Virus record (IMG/VR): IMGVR_UViG_3300010270_000394
Coordinates: 1 to 64,000 of that record
From: a virus
Lineage: Duplodnaviria; Caudoviricetes
Strand: one strand, 5' to 3'
DNA: 64,000 nucleotides
Part shown: piece by piece, positions 22,479 to 30,415 of the stretch
Position numbering within the stretch: the stretch's first letter is position 1
Layout: every line of letters starts with the position of its first letter
Translations under genes and position numbers: made by a program
Notes under the pieces: generated by a model
The model's input: only the letters and a program-made list of their open reading frames with translations
Database searches by the model: none
Told to the model about the DNA's origin: nothing

Positions 22479-23662
22479 AACAAATCTTCATCGTCAACGC
22501 CGTCATTCTTTTCATCCTCGTCAAACGGCGGCTCGTCCTCGTCAGCGTCCTCGTCCTCTTTCTTGCTCTTGGTGGACTTGGCAGACTTCTTTTCCTCAGA
22601 CTTCTTGGACTTGCTCTTGGCTTCCTCAAGCGTCTCGTCCATCGGCGGATCGTAAATGCGCTCGTCAAAGTCCTCCTGATCCTCGTCTGAGAGTTCCAGA
22701 ACACCGTCCGCGTAGTCGCCTTCGAGCTTCGGATCAAACAAACGGAACTCGTCAATACGATCTCCGAGAATACCGCCGCGCGGTTTGAAATCATCCAGCG
22801 TCTTGATTCCAAGTTCGATCTGCTCCTTCTGTGCGTCAGTCAGCATAGATTCATCAAAATCCGCTTCCTCCGCGCCGCGCAGGAGAACCATTTCCCAAGG
22901 GATGTGAACCATCTTCTTGTTTTTGACCTTGAGATACTTGAGCTTATAGTCAAGCAGCTTCTTGTGGCGCTCATTATCAAGATCATACTTGGCAGCGGAA
23001 AAGACGGTCTGGATCGGAACGAATTTCCTGCCCTCGTCCTTGTTGATATACTGCTCAATATACGCATCGAGCGTCATCTTCTTGGTATCGTCAAAGTCCA
23101 CGTCATCAAGGCTCTTCTTGTTATAGAAAAGTTCTGCCGTAATCATCAAACGGCTCTTGCGATCCTCCGGCGCGGCAAACACGTTCTGAATACGGAACTT
23201 GGAATAATACTGCTTCTTCTTGGCGTACCAATCACGGGTAAAGTTGCCGGTAACAACAACACGACCGTCATACTTGGGAAGCCATTCCTTGAGGTGCTTG
23301 ATCATGTCATACGCGGTAATAAACTCCTGACGACCGCCAAAGTCCTCACCGAGATCGACAATGTACTTGCGGTAGTTAGCAACGGCAGAAATATTATCCT
23401 CGTCAAAACGATCATCCCAATCGACATCCATCTTATTGTTGTCGGAATCAAAAGTCTTGATGACTTCCTGCTCACTGTCAAACGCTTCAACGAACGCCAT
23501 GTTGTTGTCGCTCTCCTTAACGCCGAACGTCATGGAGATCATCTTTTTCTTCTTTTTACCGTCCTCCTTGGTAAACTCCTTAAAGAACGGACGCTTTGCA
23601 TCCTTCTTCTCCTTGGGAATGACCGGAGTACCGACAAAATTGAATCTTGCTGTGTAACTCAT
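22475..23662 (-). CDS. Putative ssDNA-binding protein
   Basis: Long acidic tail ending DDEDLF, position upstream of the Sak4-like ATPase. Confidence 0.65.
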   Translation of the reverse strand: MSYTARFNFVGTPVIPKEKKDAKRPFFKEFTKEDGKKKKKMISMTFGVKESDNNMAFVEAFDSEQEVIKTFDSDNNKMDVDWDDRFDEDNISAVANYRKYIVDLGEDFGGRQEFITAYDMIKHLKEWLPKYDGRVVVTGNFTRDWYAKKKQYYSKFRIQNVFAAPEDRKSRLMITAELFYNKKSLDDVDFDDTKKMTLDAYIEQYINKDEGRKFVPIQTVFSAAKYDLDNERHKKLLDYKLKYLKVKNKKMVHIPWEMVLLRGAEEADFDESMLTDAQKEQIELGIKTLDDFKPRGGILGDRIDEFRLFDPKLEGDYADGVLELSDEDQEDFDERIYDPPMDETLEEAKSKSKKSEEKKSAKSTKSKKEDEDADEDEPPFDEDEKNDGVDDEDLF

Positions 23663-23681
23663 AATCTTTTCATCCTTTCTG

Positions 23682-24254
23682 TTACTTTTTTACTGCATCA
23701 AAATCGAGTTCCAAAAACTTGCGCGAGGCAAGATAATCACAAAGATGAACAAATTTTTGAATCTTCGTGCGAGGCTTCGGAAGCGTCACCTTAGAATAAT
23801 TTGCAGTACACCATTGTCCCATATGCGTTGCAATCGCGTGGTAAACGATCTGCTCCTGCTCGTCGGTCAGCAAACCGCCGCATTCAATGTTGCATTTCTT
23901 GATGAAATTCGCGCCAAGAAGCGGATGCTCGAAAACCGTATGCTGTCCCTTGCCGTTTCCCTGCTTGAGTCCGTCATGCGGAACAATCGCGCACAAAATC
24001 AAATCCTGTTCCTCTTCCGTAAAATCGAACATTTCCAGATTAAATAACTCATGCGCGATAATAGCTGCCGCTTCGGTATGGCGCACCAATCCACCATCGC
24101 CAAGTGCGTATGAAGGATGATATTTGCCAGAGGACGAAGCGGGTACAACGAAAAAATACTCCGGCAGATTGTCAATGACATAGCGCAGGAACTTCTTGAT
24201 CTTTTCGTCGTGCATCCAGTCCAGAACAAAATCAAAACTATGTCGATCAGCCAT
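23682..24254 (-). CDS. HD-domain phosphohydrolase
   Basis: PASSSGKYH, GGLVRHT, PHD, HP, HMG, HLCD. Confidence 0.85.
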   Translation of the reverse strand: MADRHSFDFVLDWMHDEKIKKFLRYVIDNLPEYFFVVPASSSGKYHPSYALGDGGLVRHTEAAAIIAHELFNLEMFDFTEEEQDLILCAIVPHDGLKQGNGKGQHTVFEHPLLGANFIKKCNIECGGLLTDEQEQIVYHAIATHMGQWCTANYSKVTLPKPRTKIQKFVHLCDYLASRKFLELDFDAVKK

Positions 24255-24648
24255 TGTTTTCACCCTCATTGACAGTTTCGGCGGGAGCATCGGTCTTAGG
24301 CTCGTTCTGCTCCGCAGTTTCCTCGTTAATTGTCTGCTGCGCGGTCTGTTTCTCGTCAAATTCCTTTTGCTTATTGATATGAGCGAGGACGGTTTGACGC
24401 AGGACAGATAATTGACGCTGCGGGTTCAATTTGCTGTTCTTGTTCAGCGTTTCCATGACTATGCCGCACATTGCCTTCATGCCAGCGGAAATGCCAAGAA
24501 CATAGGCGCGTTTCATCGTGGCGTTGAGAACCTTTTCCATTTCGGACTCCGGCTGCGCGGGATTCGCCGGAGTTTCGGGAGTTGCATTCTGCTTGAGCGC
24601 TTCATCAACTTCATTCTGATCCGTTTCCAGTTCAATGATCTTTGCCAT
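24247..24648 (-). CDS. Hypothetical protein
   Basis: GAAGG RBS, preceded by the repeated motif. Confidence 0.65.
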   Translation of the reverse strand: MAKIIELETDQNEVDEALKQNATPETPANPAQPESEMEKVLNATMKRAYVLGISAGMKAMCGIVMETLNKNSKLNPQRQLSVLRQTVLAHINKQKEFDEKQTAQQTINEETAEQNEPKTDAPAETVNEGENNG

Positions 24649-24681
24649 TCGTTTACCTTCTTTCTTTACTTGTAATTATTG

Positions 24682-25565
24682 TTATAAACCCATGAAAATG
24701 TGTTTTATAACCTCTTTTGTCCATCCGTTGCCGCAGAGAGAACGCCGTACATTGTCACTAAAACCTTCTGTAAAGCCATCCGGCAGTGTTTGAAGTCTTT
24801 CGTACTCAACAGGCGTAAGTTTACGAATTCTTCCAGAATCCAAAACTTTTTTCTCCTGATAACCGCCATTTACACAAGTCAGCGTCGCGCATTTGAACGC
24901 CGGATTATACACTCGCTTGAGCATATCATGTGTGTTGACTTGCAACGTGGCGATTACTTTCTTATCGTCTCCATGAAAGATAAATGGTTTGTTGTAGTAA
25001 TCCTTTTCAGGAGCATTATCCACCATAATATCTTTCAAAACAGTGCTGTTGTACTTTGGCAGCGGAGCTATCGGTATATTTGTCCAATACAGACGTTCAC
25101 GATCTTGAGCTGAGAAGAGGTTACTGTTGATTAGAACAGGATTGCCCCCCCAAGTTCAGCGGTGATCACGTTTTCATCCTGTTTGCTCTTTGGAACGACG
25201 TTCTCCAACATATACCAGCGCGGTTTGATTTCATGAACGGCTCTCGCGTACTCAAAGAAAATCGCAGATTTTCCATTTAGTCCGGAGCAAATCGCGTCAT
25301 TTTCCTGCCGCACGACGGAAAGACTTTGGCAGCACGTTCCAGCAATGACAAGATCAAAACCGCGAAATTGCGAAAAATCCGCTCCAAATACATCGCCGTG
25401 ATGAACCACTTCCGGAAAATGCTTTTTACTCAACGCAATTGCCGGTTCATAGATTTCGTATGTATGGTATTCGTCAACGGGGATTCTAAGTTCCTTGAGA
25501 GCAAACAGACCGGTTTCCAGACCGCCGCAAATTGAGAGAACTTTCAATCCCATATCGTCACTCAA
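24682..25565 (-). CDS. C5-cytosine DNA methyltransferase 1, frameshifted at G7 tract
   Basis: Motif I (SICGG), IV (GTCCQ), VI (ENV); after +1 G (or -2 G): NPVLINSNLFSAQDRERLYW, RKLTPVEYERLQ, GNGW. Confidence 0.88.
25145..25151 (-). repeat. Poly-G tract TG7CAA (out of frame)
   Basis: C7 on plus strand at the frameshift point. Confidence 0.9.
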
Positions 25566-25974
25566 CCTCTGAACTGCTCAGAATTGCATACTTACGGTTA
25601 TCTCCGTCGAAAATGAACTTTTCGATGTTATTCATGAATTCAAAAACGTTGTCAACAGCACGAAGTTCGTTGCCTACGATCTCATAAACATCAATGCCGT
25701 GATTCAACGCAAACAGAACTTCATCAAAAACTCCATGACCAATCATTCCAGATACAGTTGAGAAAATCAGCACGTCACAAGTATTGATCGTCTCAAATGC
25801 GGTTTCCATGATGACAGATTCCGGAGCATCCTGCGGAAGAGAAATATGCGGATTGATAATTGTCAAATCGTCAACAGTTGAAAACGCTGACGCAATCAAA
25901 CTCAGTTCCCATTCCTCAATTTTTGTTCCGTACTTCCATCAATGGTGTGAATAAAACACCTTCATACGTTCCAT
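25558..25974 (-). pseudogene. Nucleoside 2-deoxyribosyltransferase-like gene with in-frame TGA at 25939-25941
   Basis: MERMKVFYSHH*WKYGTKIEEWEL continues in frame into IINP...CDVLIF...GHGVFDEV. Confidence 0.6.
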
Positions 25975-25988
25975 ATTGCATCATCCTT

Positions 25989-27277
25989 TCAAAATAATTT
26001 ACAGCCTTGATCTTTGAATTCTTGAATCTGTTTATCCCATTTTTCCTGATCCCATCCAAATTCACGCATCAAGCACTTTTTACATTTGAATTTTTCCGTG
26101 TTGCGCCCAAACATTTTCATGTTCATTGCCAGTGTATTTTTGTCTTTGATTTTCAGCGGTTGACGGCGATAATTCAGACATCCATTTGCACAATACTTGT
26201 TAAAATACTTATGTGCAACTTCTAAATCCAAACCATTGTACTGCGCGTATTCCGCAATGACTTCCTCTGTCGGTTCTGCGCGGTAAACGCCGCCTGTCCA
26301 TGCTTTATTGACGTATTCTGCAATCGTGCAGTTCATAATCAGCCATTTATTGTTGCGGATGAAATCATTTCGCACGATCTCCCGCCAGCGGTTAAATAAA
26401 TATGGATACCAATAGCGATCCAGAACCCAAGTGTATTTTGTGTAGTTCGGACAGGCGATCCCGCAGCCTACGCGATCATATCCGTAACGGTATTTATCGT
26501 TGATCTCGATTCCTTCCGAGAGAATATAAAGCCAAACGTCGAGTTCCGTCCATTTGCGAATCGGCAAAACAGCAATCCAATCACGATTCTCCCACTTGTC
26601 GTTTTTCCAAATGTCTTGATAGTTGGAACGCCGCGCGGATTCCTCGTTTCGCATTCCAAACAGGAACAGCAGCTTTTCATCAGCAGAAAAATACTCAATT
26701 GTCGGTGATTCCTTGTAGTAAGTACAACAGAACCGATTCAAGCGGCTTGGAAGCGTTTGATACCGCTGGATATAGTTATAAAATCCACCGTATTTTGGAT
26801 TTGGAAGGATGTGTTTGAAATCATTTCTTGCCGCCATCCGATTACTTTCTTTAACATCAAGCGTTGTTACATTGAAATATGTTTCAAACGTCAGTCCTGC
26901 CTTTTTTGCAAGATTGAGAACAACCATGCTGTCCTTTCCGGTGGAGTTTGTGTTGATAATTCTACGATCTGTCTGTAATCCGATCTGACGCAATAAAGAA
27001 ATGCTTTCTTGCTCAATTTCACTTAAATGCTCACGGTTTCTCCGAATTGTATCCTTCCATGTTTCAAAATCGGTTTCGTCTTTGTTCTGTTTGTGTTTTT
27101 TAATCGTAACATTCAAATCATCATCAACGAAGATTCGGAATAATGAAACGATTTGCCCCCCAGCTTAAAGGCTTTTACCAAATTATTGTCCATCCAGAAT
27201 GTTTCTTCACGAAACCATGATGTATCACAACCGTTGTCATTCAGGAATCGGATGTACTCAGGAAAAATGGGCTGCAT
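25989..27277 (-). CDS. PAPS-reductase-family protein 2, frameshifted at G6 tract (G7 restores)
   Basis: GGAGG-ATG at 27277 (MQPIFPEY...AFKLGG); downstream STGKDS, RFCC, GMRNEESARR, RVGCGIACP. Confidence 0.82.
27156..27161 (-). repeat. Poly-G tract TG6CAA (out of frame)
   Basis: C6 on plus strand at the frameshift point. Confidence 0.85.
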
Positions 27278-27285
27278 AATGCCTC

Positions 27286-27570
27286 CTAATACAAATCTTC
27301 GCTGTAAAGTTCATGTTCTCCGTGTTCTGCCTTATACGCACAATTTGTAACTGAAAGTTGACCACAATTCATTGCGTGATCAAACGCATCCTCTCTATTC
27401 AAAAATTCTCCGGTATGCGTTATAAATCCTTCCGTGACGTGTTTCTTGTAATTTGTGTTATTACACAAATTGAAAAGAATCTCATAACCGCTTCCATGAC
27501 GAAAACACGGCACAATCGTTTCTTTGAAATCTTTACATTGTTCAATCTTCAATGCTGCACAAATGATCAT
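27286..27570 (-). CDS. Phage hypothetical protein
   Basis: IICAA...RH...GFIT..GEFLNREDA...LYSEDLY pattern. Confidence 0.75.
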   Translation of the reverse strand: MIICAALKIEQCKDFKETIVPCFRHGSGYEILFNLCNNTNYKKHVTEGFITHTGEFLNREDAFDHAMNCGQLSVTNCAYKAEHGEHELYSEDLY

Positions 27571-27769
27571 TGGTCATCATCCTGTCGTGATTTTTCAATA
27601 ATACAAACACCAGTTTGCTGTGCTGTGATCGTAGGACAAATCATGCCTTCCTCTTGCACTCGTCCTCGTCTTGTTTGACTGTTTGGATACGACAAATCAA
27701 CTGCCCCCCCACTTTACAGCGGATGTAACCTTTCTTTGTCGCTTGTTTGACATACACATATTCATCCAT
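27567..27769 (-). CDS. Stand-alone C5-MTase target-recognition-like peptide, frameshifted at G7
   Basis: KQATKKGYIRCKVGG plus 1 G gives AVDLSYPNSQTRRGRVQ...CPTITAQ; restored stop overlaps next ATG. Confidence 0.72.
27704..27710 (-). repeat. Poly-G tract TG7CAG (out of frame)
   Basis: C7 on plus strand. Confidence 0.85.
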
Positions 27770-28082
27770 GCGCTTCACCATCTGTCTGAAGTTTTTCCAG
27801 CGCTTTTTCAAATGCTCCGATTCCGGAAAAGAACGATCCAACAACCATGTTCTCAAACAAGTACGGCATTGCGTCGTATAGGTTTTTCATGATTTGTTCC
27901 AGAACATCAACAACAATGCTGTTTCCTGCTTGTTTGTAGAGTTGCGAATCGCTTCTGTCTCTTCCGTTAAAAAGCTGCCGGTTCATCGCCTGTTTTGCAT
28001 TTTCAAAATCTTTATCGTCAAATCCCATAAAACGCCAGCATTCCTTTGGAGTCAATCTGCGGACTCGGATATTACTCACCAT
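27762..28082 (-). CDS. C5-MTase 2 small subunit carrying motifs IX, X and I
   Basis: RRLTPKECWRFMGF, YKQAGNSIVV, then SFFSGIGAFE at the C-terminus; AAAGGTGG RBS. Confidence 0.85.
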   Translation of the reverse strand: MVSNIRVRRLTPKECWRFMGFDDKDFENAKQAMNRQLFNGRDRSDSQLYKQAGNSIVVDVLEQIMKNLYDAMPYLFENMVVGSFFSGIGAFEKALEKLQTDGEAHG

Positions 28083-28992
28083 GCGTTCCACCTTTCGTTT
28101 CGTATTCAATTACGCCTGTCATCTGCTGGTTTCCAAAACCTTTGTAATCTCTTGCAAGTAAAGCAAGCGACGTATTGGTATAACCGTCAAATTTACTTCC
28201 CTTGTTGCTCAATTTAGCGCCCACCTTCGACCGACACCAAATCCCATGTGTGTCTGTCTGTCGATCCCCGTCCACCGGATCGGATCGTATTTCCGACTTT
28301 ACGGCTTGCGCTGGGGGGGCAAATCCTTCAGATACAAGTTGCGTTATTTTTTCATCAGAAATGTAATATTTTTCGTCAACTTCATCTTCCAATAAATCAG
28401 GAAGTTCATGTATCAAAGGAATCGGTTCTGGAAATTTGAATTTTTTGTTGTCTAATTCTTTTTTGATGATGACGCAATAAATACGCTCACGATTTTGCGG
28501 AATACCATAGTCTTTCGCATTGAGAACTTTCCAATAAACGTTGTATCCATAATCTTCCAATTCTTCCACGAACAGATCAAACATTGGTTTGAACCTTACA
28601 GATACGATGTTCTTGACGTTCTCATAAATTGCAAATCTCGGTTGCTTTTCTCTTAGGAAGCGTAACCATTCAACCAAGAGCGATGAACGAGTTTTCTCAA
28701 GGTTGCCCCCCCCGCATTTAGGGCATTTGTCTCTTTGCGAGTAATGCACTTCCAGCGGATTATAGGTATGACCACACCGTTTGCACGTCCACATCGCGCC
28801 CTTCTGTTTTCCGGCAACGGAAAAATCCTGACAAGGGCTGCCGCCGAACATGGTGTTGAAATCAGGGACTTCCTTTTCATTCACTTTGGTAATATCTCCG
28901 ATATTCAGTGAAGGATCGACGTGATGCACGGCAGCATAGCTTACCGCAGCACTTTCATCAAACTCGCAAAACAAAGCAGTATTGAAATCCAT
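28072..28992 (-). CDS. C5-MTase 2 large subunit (motifs II-VIII, zinc-ribbon insertion, variable region)
   Basis: FCEFD, GDI, GGSPCQDFS, ENV, PQNRER; no motif I at the N-terminus. Confidence 0.9.
   Translation of the reverse strand: MDFNTALFCEFDESAAVSYAAVHHVDPSLNIGDITKVNEKEVPDFNTMFGGSPCQDFSVAGKQKGAMWTCKRCGHTYNPLEVHYSQRDKCPKCGGGNLEKTRSSLLVEWLRFLREKQPRFAIYENVKNIVSVRFKPMFDLFVEELEDYGYNVYWKVLNAKDYGIPQNRERIYCVIIKKELDNKKFKFPEPIPLIHELPDLLEDEVDEKYYISDEKITQLVSEGFAPPAQAVKSEIRSDPVDGDRQTDTHGIWCRSKVGAKLSNKGSKFDGYTNTSLALLARDYKGFGNQQMTGVIEYETKGGTHGE
28313..28319 (+). repeat. TG7CAA tract in opposite orientation (C7 in coding strand) at start of the variable region
   Basis: ctgggggggcaaa on plus strand. Confidence 0.85.
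28706..28713 (-). repeat. Poly-G tract G8CAA (in frame)
   Basis: Encodes CGGGN. Confidence 0.85.
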
Positions 28993-29015
28993 GTATATGT
29001 ACCTTTCTTTTTGAT

Positions 29016-29135
29016 TTACGCCGGAACGGGATAATACTGCGGAGAACAGCACGTCAGGATCATGACAGCAACCGCAAGAATCGTCGCAATACAAATCCAG
29101 CGCAATGTTTGTTTCTTAACTGTCAAAGTGTTCAT
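29016..29135 (-). CDS. 39 aa signal-peptide/lipoprotein-like peptide
   Basis: AAGGAG RBS; MNTLTVKKQTLRWICIATILAVAVMILTCCSPQYYPVPA. Confidence 0.5.
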   Translation of the reverse strand: MNTLTVKKQTLRWICIATILAVAVMILTCCSPQYYPVPA

Positions 29136-29153
29136 AACACACTCCTTGTAATT

Positions 29154-29882
29154 TTACTTATGTGGAAAAATGTATAGTTGTTCCATAATATCGAGACGAG
29201 AAGCGTTGTCGAGCGTCCGTTTAACGGGCTGCGACCAAATGGATTTCCAGCTCTCCGGCGCTGTCTGTTCCGATACCAACACAATATTATTCTTAGATTG
29301 TTCTTCAGCCCATTTCCAAAACTCACGGTGATTGAATTGATCCTGATACCCTGTCGTATTTTGATACGGAATATCACAATAGATTACGCTTCCGCTTATA
29401 TTTGGATCGAGCTGCCGGTAATCTGCCTCGCCGAAATGAATGTCATGCAAGGCTGGTATTTGCGCAAGTAGATTTCGTTTTGCCTCGTCATAATAGTTGC
29501 GTTTCGTTCCGATCTTTGTTGTAATTGTTCCGGCTCTGCCGCCGAAAAACTTTCCATTGTACGAGGCAAGGAATCCAACAGCACCTATGTACCAATCCGG
29601 AAATCTGCCGTTTTGCTCCTGATATGATTTCCGAACGGCTGCGTATTCTTCTTTGCTGATTTCTTCAGGCAACGTATTGACTTGATCTATGTGATTAAAC
29701 AATTCGATCAGATAATGATTGATGTCGTATCCAAATTTTTGCTCACATGAAATTTTATCAATTACGTTTGCCCCCCCAACAAACGGCTCAATGTAACGCT
29801 TGGCTTGCGTTTCGTCTATGTAAGACTGGATGATCGGTACGATGTGCTTTGCAATACGGGACTTTGAACCGACGTACTTAAT
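29154..29882 (-). CDS. Dam-family (D12 class) adenine methyltransferase, probable ATT start, in-frame G7 tract
   Basis: KYVGSK, EPFVGGAN, YCDIPY, VSE; GAGGTG RBS before ATT. Confidence 0.88.
   Translation of the reverse strand: MKYVGSKSRIAKHIVPIIQSYIDETQAKRYIEPFVGGANVIDKISCEQKFGYDINHYLIELFNHIDQVNTLPEEISKEEYAAVRKSYQEQNGRFPDWYIGAVGFLASYNGKFFGGRAGTITTKIGTKRNYYDEAKRNLLAQIPALHDIHFGEADYRQLDPNISGSVIYCDIPYQNTTGYQDQFNHREFWKWAEEQSKNNIVLVSEQTAPESWKSIWSQPVKRTLDNASRLDIMEQLYIFPHK
29771..29777 (-). repeat. Poly-G tract TG7CAA (in frame)
   Basis: Encodes VGGA of the SAM-binding motif. Confidence 0.88.
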
Positions 29883-29888
29883 ATAGCA

Positions 29889-30388
29889 TCACCTCAATTT
29901 GATCCAGAATCCCAAGTCAGAGAGGGATTTGATTTCGTTGTCATAGTTTTGTTCCGTGAAAACGACGACTTCACTTGGAAATGGAGCTGCGTCTTTGTCG
30001 CCAAATTTCAGCCGTCCTTTCACGAAACAGATGTATTTTGCGTTTGGAAAAATGAATCTGTGTTGTGCTTTGGTATCCGTCCGTGCCGGAATCAACATGA
30101 CGGTTGTGATGTGATTTTTCCGACTTTCCTCACAGCACTTTTCAATCCAATCTTCCTGTCCGGAATGCTCTTTTGTTCTTTTGCCATAAGGAGGATTACA
30201 AAAAACTACTTGCCCCCCCAAGTTTTTGACAAACCATCATCCGATTCGGTATAATACTGTTCGCATTTATGGTTTGTCTCGTCAGCGCACGGATCAAGCG
30301 TGAATCGGAACGCTCCGTCAAGACGATTGAAAAACGCTCTCGGAGTCGCCCAATTATTATTGCCCGTGCTGAGTAAAACAGCGTCCAT
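29889..30388 (-). CDS. Phage N6-adenine methyltransferase, frameshifted at G7 tract
   Basis: WATP, FTLDPCA, DGLSKTWGG plus 1 G gives QVVFCNPPYG, LIPARTDT, GRLKF, APFPS. Confidence 0.9.
30213..30219 (-). repeat. Poly-G tract TG7CAA (out of frame)
   Basis: C7 on plus strand at the frameshift point. Confidence 0.9.
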
Positions 30389-30415
30389 GCAATTCTCCTT
30401 TTCTTGTAATTGTTG

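Noticed and set aside
25939-25941. Selenocysteine or genome-wide stop-codon recoding
   Set aside because: No SECIS-like hairpin recognised, and TGA is a normal stop in many other genes here
11543-30388. Reading the frameshifted genes as simple pseudogenes or a general sequencing artefact
   Set aside because: Each gene has a single lesion at the same motif and is otherwise intact, and A/T runs elsewhere cause no breaks. A G-run-specific base-calling error cannot be excluded without reads, but it would not explain why the tracts occur only in these genes.
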